This document shows positions 1 through 10,751 of a stretch of 23,410 nt of DNA, in pieces. The stretch comes from an uncultured bacterium (GTDB taxonomy: Bacteria > Schekmanbacteria > GWA2-38-11 > J061), in NCBI GenBank assembly GCA_964549305.1, contig CAZJVM010000041.1, forward strand, positions 1-23,410, in the 5' to 3' direction. Position 1 is the first letter of the stretch. Each line of letters starts with the position of its first letter. The notes below the pieces were generated by a model. That model saw only the letters and a program-made list of their open reading frames with translations. It was not told the origin of the DNA and searched no databases. The translations under genes were made by a program, and so were the position numbers.

Positions 1-1545
1 AGCATCAAGATATACCCATCCCCTTTCCGGTATGAATACCTCAGTCCACGAATGAGCGTTTTCCTGCCTTACAATGTAATAACTGCCGTATGAATTCCAT
101 TCCCCTCCGTAAAATCCGTTCACATAGCGGGAAGGTATTCCCGCGGCGCGGCACATAAGCGTAAGGGCAGTGGCAAAATATTCGCAATGCCCCTGTTTCT
201 TTTCAAAGAGAAAATTAACCAACGGGTCTTTATTCTTTTCCACAGAAAGGGCGCTTCTGCTGTATCTGAAATTAGCGGAAAGATAATTTTCTATTCTTTT
301 CGCTTTATCGTAAAGTCCGCCCTCGTCTCCGGCAAGTGAAAGAGCGAGTTTTTTCACTCTTTCATCGAGCCCTTTGATATCGAGATAACGCATTTTTTCA
401 ACAGGCGTCAATTCACCGAACAAAATATCCTCCGCCGGAATGCTCGACACTTCATAATTCAGGAGATAGTAATGAGGCCAGGGCGTAAAAAAAGACATAG
501 AATTATCACCGAGTATTCCTCTGTATCCGCCTGAAAGATTCTGCACGGAAACAGGATAGTATAGGGAAAAAAGCGCATCTGACCCCGAAAGAGCAAGAGT
601 GACGGATTGTACGACGGCACTGCCCGATGATTTTATTCTTCTTACGGGGAAATTCACTTTACCCGAATAAAAAGGTTTGTAAAAACGGTTGAACATTCTA
701 CTTCTTTTCCAAATGTTGCCGCGAAAAAGGTCATAGGCAATTCCCCTCATACGAAGCTGAGACTCTGAAAGCGGTTTATCAGTCCTTAAGCGCATAACTA
801 TATTCCTGTTTTCAAGGACTTCGCCGATATCGCCTATCTTCGATGTTTCGGAAAATCCCGCCACACCCGTCGCCCCGCCTATTCTGCTAAGCATAAACCC
901 GAGACCTATTCTCGGAAGCGTAAGAAAAAAAAGGGAAGAGAAAATAACGGTAACGATAAAAGCCGTCACCACGACCAATGAAAATTCCTTGTCCGCTGAG
1001 AGGCGGATATATCTTTTGAAATTGTATTCCGCCCCTGAATCACCCGATATTATTTTCCGCTTTTCTCTGAGCTTTGATGTGCCTTCGGCGCATATTCTAA
1101 AAAGCGATATGGAATACAGAAAGAAAAAGAGATAAAGGACAAAGGATAGGGAAAAATAAAAATCATCGGTAATCGACGCGGCGACTGCAATGGTCAGAAA
1201 AGTGACGAGATAAATCTGCCATATCTTTTTTTCACTCTTACTGCTTGAAAAGAGAAATATTTCATAAAGAATTAGAAAATGAGAAAGTGCGAGCACTATC
1301 TTTCCCGATAAGTAGAGGTAGTCGCAAATCATAAGAGCGACAGAAAACGCAGGAAATATCTTTGCGAACATTCCCTCTTCATCAAAATACTCCCTCGAAG
1401 CATTCCAAAAGGAGGAAATCCATATCGCGCAAACTGCACCGATTAAAAGCGGTATATTGCCTTCGGCAAGATAGAGGGAATAAATCGAGCAGGTACCCAT
1501 GAGAGCAATAGATGTTTTAAGGTTTATGGGAATATCAGTTCTCAT
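1..1545 (-). CDS. TgpA-like membrane transglutaminase-domain protein (DUF3488-type TM region plus transglutaminase core); 3' end truncated by window edge
   Basis: Not in the ORF track; translated by hand. ATG at 1545 (MRTDIPINLKTSIALMG...) overlaps the DUF58 stop, and the frame stays open to position 1. It has multiple hydrophobic helices, then 'FFLTLPR', 'AGFSETSKIGDIG', 'MRGIAYDLFRGNIW', and the catalytic motifs GHCEYFA (Cys at 184-186), NAHSWTEV (His at 52-54) and GWVYLD (Asp at 4-6). Confidence 0.9.
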   Translation of the reverse strand, partial: MRTDIPINLKTSIALMGTCSIYSLYLAEGNIPLLIGAVCAIWISSFWNASREYFDEEGMFAKIFPAFSVALMICDYLYLSGKIVLALSHFLILYEIFLFSSSKSEKKIWQIYLVTFLTIAVAASITDDFYFSLSFVLYLFFFLYSISLFRICAEGTSKLREKRKIISGDSGAEYNFKRYIRLSADKEFSLVVVTAFIVTVIFSSLFFLTLPRIGLGFMLSRIGGATGVAGFSETSKIGDIGEVLENRNIVMRLRTDKPLSESQLRMRGIAYDLFRGNIWKRSRMFNRFYKPFYSGKVNFPVRRIKSSGSAVVQSVTLALSGSDALFSLYYPVSVQNLSGGYRGILGDNSMSFFTPWPHYYLLNYEVSSIPAEDILFGELTPVEKMRYLDIKGLDERVKKLALSLAGDEGGLYDKAKRIENYLSANFRYSRSALSVEKNKDPLVNFLFEKKQGHCEYFATALTLMCRAAGIPSRYVNGFYGGEWNSYGSYYIVRQENAHSWTEVFIPERGWVYLDA

Positions 1546-2674
1546 AGGGATAATATTCCTTTAAAAGTTCACTCTCGCACATACATAAAACAGCGTACTT
1601 TCCTCTTCTTGCAAGGGATAATCCTCTGTAGAAATCTCTTCTTTCAGGGCAAAGGACAACCGCGACACTGTTATTGCCGGAATTGAAATGACCCGGTTCA
1701 GGGTTCTGCTTTTTGACTGTGCCGCAAAACTCGCGAATGTCGAGAGTGGCAAGTTTTTCAAGCGCCTTTTCTTTCGTAGAACCGTTTTTTGACTGTTCAT
1801 AAAATATACCGTTGCCCCTGATTATTTTAAAACCCAGTGAGGGATTATTACCTGCCAGATTATCGATTAATGACGCGCACAGGCAGATAGCCGACTCAAA
1901 TAACTTTTCATTATCCTTGTCGCCATTGTCCTCTTCGAAAGAAAGATCAAGAATCACATCAACGCAATCGCCTGCAGATTCTTCATATTCTTTCACCATG
2001 GGAATCCTGTACTTTGCCATGCTCTTCCAGTATATAAGTCGCGGATTATCCCCATCGCGATATTCCTTCAGACCGAAAAAATGTTCTTTACCCATTCTCC
2101 AAAATGATGCGGGCAATTCCTTGTCTCTCTCCTTCACTGATGTCCTCAAAAATCCCGCGGGAATTTTTTTAATCACGGGCAATACCGTTACAGTTCCTTT
2201 CGCGTAGATTATTTTTGTTTTTTTAAAAAGGCCGAAGGGATAAGTGCTTTCCAAAGTAATTTTATCAAGCTTTTGAACTCCCCTTCTCTTTAAAACCGCT
2301 TTCACAAATGGCATTGTTTTGGAACGGGGGGCTAACCTTAAAATAAACTGGGATGCTTCGCCCAAAGTGTCCTCTTTCAAATTTATGCAAAAGGAAGGAA
2401 ATATTTTTTTATTATTTTCGACTTCAAATCTGTATAGAAACGGCTTGTCGCAGAAAACCTTTATGTCGCCCAATCTTTTTACGTTCAGATATCTCAGTCC
2501 CGATTCCGAAATCACCCCCGAAGAAATTATTACGCTGAGCATTACCGAAAGCAGAAGGAAAAGCAGGTTTGAACCCGTATTGATTGCGGCAATTCCTATG
2601 GCGAGACAAAGAAAAACATAAATTTTACCTTCCCTGGTAAAATTAAGCTTTCTTGACCTTATGCCAAATCTCAT
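1535..2674 (-). CDS. DUF58-domain protein (MoxR-associated; N-terminal TM helices, VWA-like C-terminal region)
   Basis: N-terminal TM segment 'AAINTGSNLLFLL'; motifs 'YPFGLF', 'LKEYRDGDNPRLIYWK', 'MVKEYE', 'VILDLS'; lies between MoxR and the transglutaminase. Confidence 0.88.
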   Translation of the reverse strand: MRFGIRSRKLNFTREGKIYVFLCLAIGIAAINTGSNLLFLLLSVMLSVIISSGVISESGLRYLNVKRLGDIKVFCDKPFLYRFEVENNKKIFPSFCINLKEDTLGEASQFILRLAPRSKTMPFVKAVLKRRGVQKLDKITLESTYPFGLFKKTKIIYAKGTVTVLPVIKKIPAGFLRTSVKERDKELPASFWRMGKEHFFGLKEYRDGDNPRLIYWKSMAKYRIPMVKEYEESAGDCVDVILDLSFEEDNGDKDNEKLFESAICLCASLIDNLAGNNPSLGFKIIRGNGIFYEQSKNGSTKEKALEKLATLDIREFCGTVKKQNPEPGHFNSGNNSVAVVLCPERRDFYRGLSLARRGKYAVLCMCESELLKEYYPYEN

Positions 2675-2681
2675 AATTTAT

Positions 2682-3614
2682 CTAATCCGGTACGGGCAGA
2701 GACGAAAGAATATCGGCAAGAATTTGTGATGAACTTTCCGCATCACCGTACATCCCTCCGCCTTTGGGAATTATTCTGTGTGAGAGCACCGGCAGGCAGA
2801 GTTTCTTGATATCATCGGGAACGCAGTAATCCCTGCCTTCCACAAGAGCGTATGCCTTTACCGCTTTATAGAACAAAAGATTGCCTCTCGGACTAACGCC
2901 AAGTTCGATGAATTCCGATTTTCTCGTCATCCCGGATATTTCGAGCATATAATGCAGAAGCGATTTATCGACTTTCACATTTTCGGCATCTTTTTGAAGA
3001 GCGAGGACTTCTTCTGGTGTTATAACGGAAGTCATCTCCTCTATGACATCTTTGTAACCGTATCCCGTCATAACTTTTATTTCGTCTTCAACTCCGGGAT
3101 ATCCGATGCTCACTCTTAACAAAAACCTGTCCAGTTGTGACTCCGGAAGACGGAAGGTTCCTTCAAATTCTATTGGATTCTGTGTTGCCATTACGACAAA
3201 AGGTTCCGGAAGCCGATAGCAGTTGCCGTCAATCGAAACCTGATAATCGTTCATCGCTTCGAGAAGACTGCTCTGCGTTCTCGGAGTCGCCCTGTTAATT
3301 TCGTCGGCAAGAATGATATTTGAAAACAGCGGGCCTTTTCTGAATAAAAAATCACCCCTATCCTGCTTGAAAACCGAAATGCCGATAATATCGCCCGGCA
3401 GCATATCGGGGGTGAACTGAATTCTCCTGAATTTGCAGTCAAGAGATTTTGCCAATGCCCGCGCCAAAGTTGTTTTACCTACTCCCGGCACATCTTCTAT
3501 GAGGATATGCCCCCTTGCTATTAGTCCCGCGACGACAAGTTTGATACATTCACGCTTTCCTATAATAGCTTTTTCAAGATTTGACACGAGCAGATTTATT
3601 TTTTCAGCGGACAT
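2682..3614 (-). CDS. moxR: MoxR-family AAA+ ATPase
   Basis: Walker A 'EDVPGVGKT', 'RIQFTPDMLPGD', Walker B 'ILADEINRA', 'ATQNPIEFEGTFRLPESQLDRF', 'GVSPRG'. Start moved to ATG 3614 (MSAEKIN), which has GAAAGGA upstream; the ORF-track start at 3680 is probably too long. Confidence 0.93.
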   Translation of the reverse strand: MSAEKINLLVSNLEKAIIGKRECIKLVVAGLIARGHILIEDVPGVGKTTLARALAKSLDCKFRRIQFTPDMLPGDIIGISVFKQDRGDFLFRKGPLFSNIILADEINRATPRTQSSLLEAMNDYQVSIDGNCYRLPEPFVVMATQNPIEFEGTFRLPESQLDRFLLRVSIGYPGVEDEIKVMTGYGYKDVIEEMTSVITPEEVLALQKDAENVKVDKSLLHYMLEISGMTRKSEFIELGVSPRGNLLFYKAVKAYALVEGRDYCVPDDIKKLCLPVLSHRIIPKGGGMYGDAESSSQILADILSSLPVPD

Positions 3615-3701
3615 CGCTATTCCTTTCAATTTTTTAAATGAATATACATCACAAAAACAATTGTTCAATAATTCGTGCAATATTTTATACTTGCAATAAA
3701 A

Positions 3702-3730
3702 TTGATTTAGAGAAAAACATATATTAAATT
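3702..3730 (+). promoter_or_regulatory. Candidate sigma70 promoter for trxA (TTGATT-17 bp-TAAATT)
   Basis: TTGATT at 3702-3707 and TAAATT at 3725-3730, 17 bp apart, upstream of the AGGAGG RBS. The AT-rich background makes chance matches likely. Confidence 0.35.
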
Positions 3731-3758
3731 ATCATAAATTTTTACAGGAGGAAAAAGA

Positions 3759-4082
3759 ATGTCCAATGAAATAGAGTTGAAAGAAGATAATTTTGAATCA
3801 GAAGTAATCAAATCTGAGATTCCCGTGCTTGTTGATTTCTGGGCAACGTGGTGCGGTCCCTGCAAAATGATTGCGCCTGTCGTAGAAGAAATAGCAGAAG
3901 AACTTTCGGGAAAATTAAAGGTGGGCAAGGTCAATGTTGATGAAAATCAGTCAATAGCCGCGAATTACGGAATCAGAAGTATTCCCACCCTCATAGTTTT
4001 TAAAGGCGGAGAATCCGTTGATCAGATTATAGGCGCGCAATCCAAAGAAGCGCTTCTCGATGTAATAAAAAAGCACCTTTAG
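3759..4082 (+). CDS. trxA: Thioredoxin
   Basis: '[13 protein letters not shown]' active site, cis-Pro motif 'IRSIPTL', 107 aa, RBS AGGAGG. Confidence 0.97.
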   Translation: MSNEIELKEDNFESEVIKSEIPVLVDFWATWCGPCKMIAPVVEEIAEELSGKLKVGKVNVDENQSIAANYGIRSIPTLIVFKGGESVDQIIGAQSKEALLDVIKKHL

Positions 4083-4109
4083 AATATCTAAAGGTGCTTT
4101 TATTTTTTT
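4069..4109. terminator. Bidirectional intrinsic terminator between convergent trxA and ahcY
   Basis: Perfect 15-bp inverted repeat AAAAGCACCTTTAGA-ata-TCTAAAGGTGCTTTT (4069-4101), with a T-tract after it on + and an A-tract before it. Confidence 0.8.
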
Positions 4110-4122
4110 CTTTTAAACCGGC

Positions 4123-5415
<1,293 letters not shown>

Positions 5416-6567
5416 CTATGCAAGCTTTTCGGCAAGGTCTGTCTTTTCCCAGTTAAAACCTTCTTCGTTTCTTCCAAAATGTCCATACGCCGCCGTCTTT
5501 TTGTAGATGGGTTTTCTAAGGTCAAGTTGCTTGATTATTGACGCGGGAGTGAGTTGTACGTGTTTGAGTAAAAGCTGGACAAGCTCTTCCGATGATTTTT
5601 CCCCGGTTCCGAAAGTATTTACCATTACTGATACGGGCTCGGCGACACCTATTGCGTATGCAAGCTGTACTTCACATTCCGTCGCAAGTTTTGCAGCAAC
5701 GATATTCTTTGCAAGATAGCGAGCCATATATGATGCCGAGCGGTCAACTTTTGAAGGGTCTTTTCCGGAAAAAGCGCCTCCGCCGTGATGCCCCTTACCG
5801 CCGTATGTATCAACTATTATTTTCCTTCCCGTAAGTCCGCAGTCGCCCATCGGTCCGCCAACGACAAACCTTCCCGTGGGATTTACGTAAATTTTTGTGT
5901 CTTTTTCATTAAAGTATTCTGAGGGAACAATGGGTTTGATTACTTTTTCAATTATTGGTGATTTCATTTCCGAAGCGGATATTTCCGGACTGTGCTGTGA
6001 TGAGATGACTATTGTGTCTATTCTCTTGGGCTTGTTGTTTTCGTACTCGATTGTGACCTGCGTTTTTCCGTCAGGCCTGAGAAAATCAAGATCACCGGCT
6101 TTTCTCATTTCGGACATCTGCAAAGCCAACTTTTGAGCGAGAGTTATGGGCATCGGCATTAATTCGGGAGTATCATCGCAGGCATATCCGAACATCAACC
6201 CCTGGTCTCCCGCACCCTGTGCGTGGTCTGAAGTTTCATCAACACCCATTGCGATATCGGGCGACTGCTTGTCGATTGAGGTAATTACCGAACAGGTGTC
6301 GCAATCAAATCCGTATTTTGCTCTGTCGTAACCTATCTCTCTTATTGTTTCCCTTACAAGTGATGGTATGTCCGTACTGCTTTTTGCCGTAATTTCGCCT
6401 GCTACCATTACCACTCCGGTGGTAATCATTGTTTCGCAGGCAACTCTGCACATAGGGTCATTTTCAATAAAACTGTCCAGTACCGCATCAGATATCTGAT
6501 CGGCGATTTTATCGGGATGACCTTCCGTTACTGATTCCGAAGTAAATAGATAGGAATTGTTACTCAC
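5416..6567 (-). CDS. metK: S-adenosylmethionine synthetase
   Basis: '[13 protein letters not shown]', 'GAGDQG', 'GGGAFSGKD', 'AAYGHFGR'. GTG start with a GGAGG RBS. Confidence 0.98.
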   Translation of the reverse strand: MSNNSYLFTSESVTEGHPDKIADQISDAVLDSFIENDPMCRVACETMITTGVVMVAGEITAKSSTDIPSLVRETIREIGYDRAKYGFDCDTCSVITSIDKQSPDIAMGVDETSDHAQGAGDQGLMFGYACDDTPELMPMPITLAQKLALQMSEMRKAGDLDFLRPDGKTQVTIEYENNKPKRIDTIVISSQHSPEISASEMKSPIIEKVIKPIVPSEYFNEKDTKIYVNPTGRFVVGGPMGDCGLTGRKIIVDTYGGKGHHGGGAFSGKDPSKVDRSASYMARYLAKNIVAAKLATECEVQLAYAIGVAEPVSVMVNTFGTGEKSSEELVQLLLKHVQLTPASIIKQLDLRKPIYKKTAAYGHFGRNEEGFNWEKTDLAEKLA

Positions 6568-6616
6568 GTTTAACCTCCACTGCTATTGTTAATGGTTAAT
6601 CTTACTTACAATTTTT

Positions 6617-8377
6617 TTATTCAACGGAAAAGAAGTCTTCGGGATATTTCTCCGAAACAATAGTATCAATGTATTGCCTTATACCTTCTGCTGTATGCAT
6701 AGTCAAAACATTTGAAACAATCTCCGTTACATCGCTGAAATTGGAATTTCTCACGATTCGCTTAATATCAAGAATTGACCTCGGGCTTGTGCTTAATTCA
6801 TCAATTTCAAACCCAAGCAGTAAAAAAGCATAAATCGGTTCCGCTGACATTTCACCGCAGAGGCATACGGGAATCTTATAGCGGTGAGCGGAATCAACTA
6901 TGGTGCTTATAAGTCGTAAAATAGCGGGATGAAGCGGTTCGTATAAATAGGCAACCTTTTCATTAACTCTGTCAATGGCAAGGCAGTATTGTATTAAATC
7001 ATTTGTCCCTATACTGAAAAAATCCACTTCCTTTGCGAATATATCCGCCATAATCGCCGCAGTGGGAACTTCTATCATTATGCCGGTTTTTATCTTCTCA
7101 TCAAAAGACCTGCCTTCGGAGCGGAGTTCGTCCTTGCATTCTTCAAGTATTGCCATTGCGCTTTTAAGTTCTCTTATTCCGGAAATCATAGGATAGAGTA
7201 TTCTTATATTGCCTGACGCGCTTGCCCTTAAAATAGCCCGTATCTGTGTTTTGAATACGTCAATCTCTTCAAGGCAAAAACGGATTGCCCTCAATCCCAT
7301 TGCGGGATTCAATTCCTCTGCCATATCCACATGAGACATATACTTGTCCCCTCCGAGATCGAATGTCCTGATGGTAACCGGTTTTGGAGACATTTGTTCA
7401 GCAATCCTTTTGTAGTTATTATACTGCTCTTCCTCAGACGGCATTGTCTTTCTGTTGAGGTACATAAATTCCGTTCTGTAAAGCCCTATTCCGTCGCCAC
7501 CGTAAGTTGAAACGGACTCTATCTCATCGGGAAGCTCGATATTGGCAAGCAATTTGAGTTTGTAACCGTCAAGTGTTTCTGCGGGAAGGTCTTTCAGAGA
7601 AAAGAGCAATTCTCTTGAATCTGCATATTTTTTCTTCTTGTACTCATACTCATCAAGAGTTTTTTCATCGGGATTAATTATGACAACACCGGAATTGCCG
7701 TCTATTATAATGATATCCCCGGAGGAAATTTGTTCGGTAATGTTTTTAAGCCCTACTACCGCAGGAATTTCGAGACTTCTTGCCATAATTGCCGTATGGC
7801 TTGTTCTTCCGCCCACATCAGTGGCAAATCCCAGAACAATATCTTTATTAATCAACGCCGTGTCGGAGGGCGCAAGGTCGTGAGCAATAACAACAACCTC
7901 TTTTTTAATGTCGCTTATCAGGATGTGGCTTTCGCCCATAAGGTTGTTGATTATCCTTCTTCTCACATTTTCTACTTCGAATTTTCTTTCCGAAAGATAT
8001 TCGTCCTCAACTTCTTGATAAACCGCGATAATTTCCCTCATTACTTCATCAAAAGCAGATTCGGAGTTTATTTTTTTCTCTCTTATTCTCTTTAAAGTCT
8101 TTTTTCCCATTTCTTCATCTTTGAGCATCATTATCTTTGCATCAAAGATGAGCACCTGGCTTTCCCCGATTTTATTCTTAACCTCTTGTTTTATTTTCTC
8201 TATCTGCATTACAGAGTCATTTACGGCTTTTTCGAATTTTGCGCACTCCGCATCCAAATCTTCCTCTTCAACTGTTACTCTCGGAATATGCTCTATATGC
8301 TGATTAAGCAAAAAAGCTTCTCCAATCACAATACCTGATGCTACCGGGATACCCTCTATTTTCTTTAAAGTTTTCAT
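6617..8377 (-). CDS. ptsI: PTS enzyme I (PEP-protein phosphotransferase), no N-terminal GAF domain
   Basis: Phospho-His motif 'GGRTSHTAIMAR', 'GLYRTEF', 'RTFDLGGDK', 'SIGTNDLIQY', 'CGEMSA'; 586 aa. Confidence 0.96.
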   Translation of the reverse strand: MKTLKKIEGIPVASGIVIGEAFLLNQHIEHIPRVTVEEEDLDAECAKFEKAVNDSVMQIEKIKQEVKNKIGESQVLIFDAKIMMLKDEEMGKKTLKRIREKKINSESAFDEVMREIIAVYQEVEDEYLSERKFEVENVRRRIINNLMGESHILISDIKKEVVVIAHDLAPSDTALINKDIVLGFATDVGGRTSHTAIMARSLEIPAVVGLKNITEQISSGDIIIIDGNSGVVIINPDEKTLDEYEYKKKKYADSRELLFSLKDLPAETLDGYKLKLLANIELPDEIESVSTYGGDGIGLYRTEFMYLNRKTMPSEEEQYNNYKRIAEQMSPKPVTIRTFDLGGDKYMSHVDMAEELNPAMGLRAIRFCLEEIDVFKTQIRAILRASASGNIRILYPMISGIRELKSAMAILEECKDELRSEGRSFDEKIKTGIMIEVPTAAIMADIFAKEVDFFSIGTNDLIQYCLAIDRVNEKVAYLYEPLHPAILRLISTIVDSAHRYKIPVCLCGEMSAEPIYAFLLLGFEIDELSTSPRSILDIKRIVRNSNFSDVTEIVSNVLTMHTAEGIRQYIDTIVSEKYPEDFFSVE

Positions 8378-8452
8378 ATCCTCTGAATAATCAGCCTTAA
8401 AATTAAAAAACCCTGTTTTTTCGCACTTTTTATCTTAAATATCAAGGAGAAA

Positions 8453-8725
8453 CTATTCTTCTCCAAACTTGTTAAAAACAAGTTCTTTTATTGCTTCAAG
8501 AGCTTTTTCCCTGTCCTGCCCGCTCGCGCTCACGACAATTGTGCTGCCTTTTGCCGCTGCAAGCATCATTATACCCATGATGCTTTTCCCGTTTACGGTT
8601 TTTCCGTTCTTTTCCACGTCGATTTTCGATTCAAAACGGTTGGTTAACTGCACCAAAAGCGCCGCCGCACGAGCGTGAAGACCTAATTTATTTCTGATTA
8701 TAAGCTCTACCGATTTCTTCTCCAA
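8453..8725 (-). CDS. ptsH: Phosphocarrier protein HPr
   Basis: 'NKLGLHARAA' (His15 equivalent) and 'NGKSIMGIMML' (Ser46 equivalent). TTG start with a GGAGG RBS. Confidence 0.95.
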   Translation of the reverse strand: MEKKSVELIIRNKLGLHARAAALLVQLTNRFESKIDVEKNGKTVNGKSIMGIMMLAAAKGSTIVVSASGQDREKALEAIKELVFNKFGEE

Positions 8726-8737
8726 AATCCACCTCCG

Positions 8738-9508
8738 TCAAAAGGGTAAAGTATATTGACAAACAATGCAACAAGCCAAAACCATCAAAATCACCGCAAC
8801 TGTCGTGATTCTTTTTGTAAAGAGAAAAAAACTTACATTTGCAACTGCCAAAGCGATTAACAGGTTTATGGCAATGCCGGCATCAACTAATTTAAAATTG
8901 TAATTAACAGACAACAACACAATGAAAATACCGAGAAAAAACGCAGTAACGTTCTTTAATCTGTTAATTAAAGTATATAGGTTTAACTCACGGAATTTAA
9001 AGATAATATCTTTCCCGTATTTATACCCCATAAAGGCGGCATAATATCTGAATGAAAGACTTGCCGCACTGTATAGGAAGAGAAATATCAGAGGCGCAAG
9101 GCTTGAATCTGCAACTGCGGCAATGAGGGCAAATACGGAAACCAAAGGCCGGATTGTAGTCCAAAAGAGGGAATCTCCTATTGCTCCGAATGGTCCCATT
9201 AATGATGCTTTAACCGATTCCGGATTCTCCTTCGAATAACCCTGAAGAAATATTTCCTCTTCATATTTAACGACTGCCGCGCCTATGGCAGGAGCAAAAT
9301 AAGGGTTTGTATTGAAGAAATCAGCATATTTCCTTACGACATCTCTATAAGCGCCCGAATTGCCGTAAATCTTTTTTAAAGATCCCTCGATCATATACAG
9401 GAAACCGAGTCCCTGCATTTTGTTAAAATTCCAGGACGCCTGAACAAACAATGATCTAACCGCAAGAAGGAACAAATCCAGCTTATCTATTTTTCTTTTA
9501 TTCTCCAT
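8738..9508 (-). CDS. PTS mannose/fructose/sorbose family EIID
   Basis: 'QASWNFNKMQGLG', 'FFNTNPY', 'GPFGAIGDSLFW'. Start moved to ATG 9508 (MENKRK), overlapping the EIIC stop. Confidence 0.9.
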   Translation of the reverse strand: MENKRKIDKLDLFLLAVRSLFVQASWNFNKMQGLGFLYMIEGSLKKIYGNSGAYRDVVRKYADFFNTNPYFAPAIGAAVVKYEEEIFLQGYSKENPESVKASLMGPFGAIGDSLFWTTIRPLVSVFALIAAVADSSLAPLIFLFLYSAASLSFRYYAAFMGYKYGKDIIFKFRELNLYTLINRLKNVTAFFLGIFIVLLSVNYNFKLVDAGIAINLLIALAVANVSFFLFTKRITTVAVILMVLACCIVCQYTLPF

Positions 9509-10211
9509 AGAAAATCGCAATTGAAATAAACACAATTTGAGCAATAACACCTGCCACGAACAAATAATAATATTTCCTTGAAAGAAGTCCGGCAAGCACT
9601 GCCGCGACCCCTATGACCGGAATCATTTTAAAAAAAAGTCCGAACGATGATATAAATTTAGCGGGAAGCAAAATAATCATATGAGGCAGAAACTGAGTGA
9701 GCAAGAGAACCGCGACCAAAAGAAAGAGAACATTTTTCAGATAGAAAAAAAAAGTTCCTCCGAGATTAAACAGGCTTATTAAGGAAATATTTCCTCCCTT
9801 AAAGCGTTTAAAGGCTGATTCTGTCCAGAAATAATTATTTTTTCTCACAAATGTGTCCATTTTCTCCTCGATACTTAACAGGGGAAGCGCTACTATGAAT
9901 ACAATTCCACACAACGAAAATTCAGAAAAAATGTTCATCTGCGGCATTCTTACCAACAATATTGAAACAATTGAAATCAGAAGGGATGCTATGGAGGAAT
10001 TTGGCACTATCGCGGCGCCAATCTGCAGAGATGCCAACCATAAAAGCTGTATTGCAATTCCTATTTCCAGGCCAAGAACAAAATCTCCCAAAAAATACCC
10101 TATCAGCGGAGACGCGACAATCGGCTGAGAAATCATTATCTGTATGATGGCAGTGCGGTCAAGTGCGATTGCGCTTGATATTAAAACCGAAAATAATATT
10201 TCCAAGAACAT
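9498..10211 (-). CDS. PTS mannose/fructose/sorbose family EIIC
   Basis: Highly hydrophobic; 'LDRTAIIQIMISQPIVASPLIGYFLGD...GLEIG..QLLWL..IGAAIVPN' matches the EII-Sor/IIC N-terminus; sits between IIB and IID. Confidence 0.85.
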   Translation of the reverse strand: MFLEILFSVLISSAIALDRTAIIQIMISQPIVASPLIGYFLGDFVLGLEIGIAIQLLWLASLQIGAAIVPNSSIASLLISIVSILLVRMPQMNIFSEFSLCGIVFIVALPLLSIEEKMDTFVRKNNYFWTESAFKRFKGGNISLISLFNLGGTFFFYLKNVLFLLVAVLLLTQFLPHMIILLPAKFISSFGLFFKMIPVIGVAAVLAGLLSRKYYYLFVAGVIAQIVFISIAIFYGE

Positions 10212-10241
10212 AGCGGTAATTCCGGAGTTATCGGGAAACGG

Positions 10242-10736
10242 TCAATGAAAAAGATTTTTTCTGTTGAGCAATGCCCTGACATTTTTGGGTTTTTCACCCG
10301 GCACAACCTGAACATTTACGGCAATGCCTTTAATGAGAATTTTCTTCAGAATATCTATTTCATTGTCGCTCAGGAAAATGGTAGAAGACAGTTTTTTCCT
10401 CTGTTGAACAGAGCGAAGACCGCCGAGGTTAAGCTCTTTAAGGTCAAACCCGCCTGAAACAAGGGAATAAACGTCGTCAATGCTGGAAAAAAGAAAAATG
10501 GCTCTTTTATGCTCTTTTTCAAGCAGTGAAACAGTGGAAGGGATCGAGCTTATTTTTAAAAATAAAGCCTTAACGTGAGGAGGTACGGCAAATTCGTATA
10601 TACTCTTCTGAAATTCGTCTTCCGCAATACTGTTGTTTGCCACAACAATAGTGTCAATATTCAGTGCTTTAACCCATCCTTCGGTAACCTGTCCGTGAAT
10701 CAACCGGTCGTCCACTCTGAAAAAAATAAAGCTCAT
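10242..10736 (-). CDS. PTS mannose/fructose/sorbose family EIIB
   Basis: 'RVDDRLIHGQV' phospho-His motif, 'LNLGG', 'VQVVP'. Confidence 0.93.
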   Translation of the reverse strand: MSFIFFRVDDRLIHGQVTEGWVKALNIDTIVVANNSIAEDEFQKSIYEFAVPPHVKALFLKISSIPSTVSLLEKEHKRAIFLFSSIDDVYSLVSGGFDLKELNLGGLRSVQQRKKLSSTIFLSDNEIDILKKILIKGIAVNVQVVPGEKPKNVRALLNRKNLFH

Positions 10737-10751
10737 TAAAAAGACGCCTTT

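Noticed and set aside
3615..3680. N-terminal extensions in the ORF track for MoxR (also EIID 9509-9595 and LptA 15789-15845)
   Set aside because: Downstream ATGs fit better with the RBS, gene overlap or signal peptide; the extensions lie in intergenic DNA or neighbouring genes.
6568..6616. SAM riboswitch upstream of metK, or SAH riboswitch upstream of ahcY
   Set aside because: The gaps are only 49 bp and 36 bp, AT-rich, and lack recognisable aptamer cores.
9745..9753. A9/T9 homopolymer in EIIC (also A8 at 21001-21008 and 20066-20073) as phase-variation tracts
   Set aside because: The frames are intact, and such runs are expected in AT-rich DNA encoding Phe/Lys.
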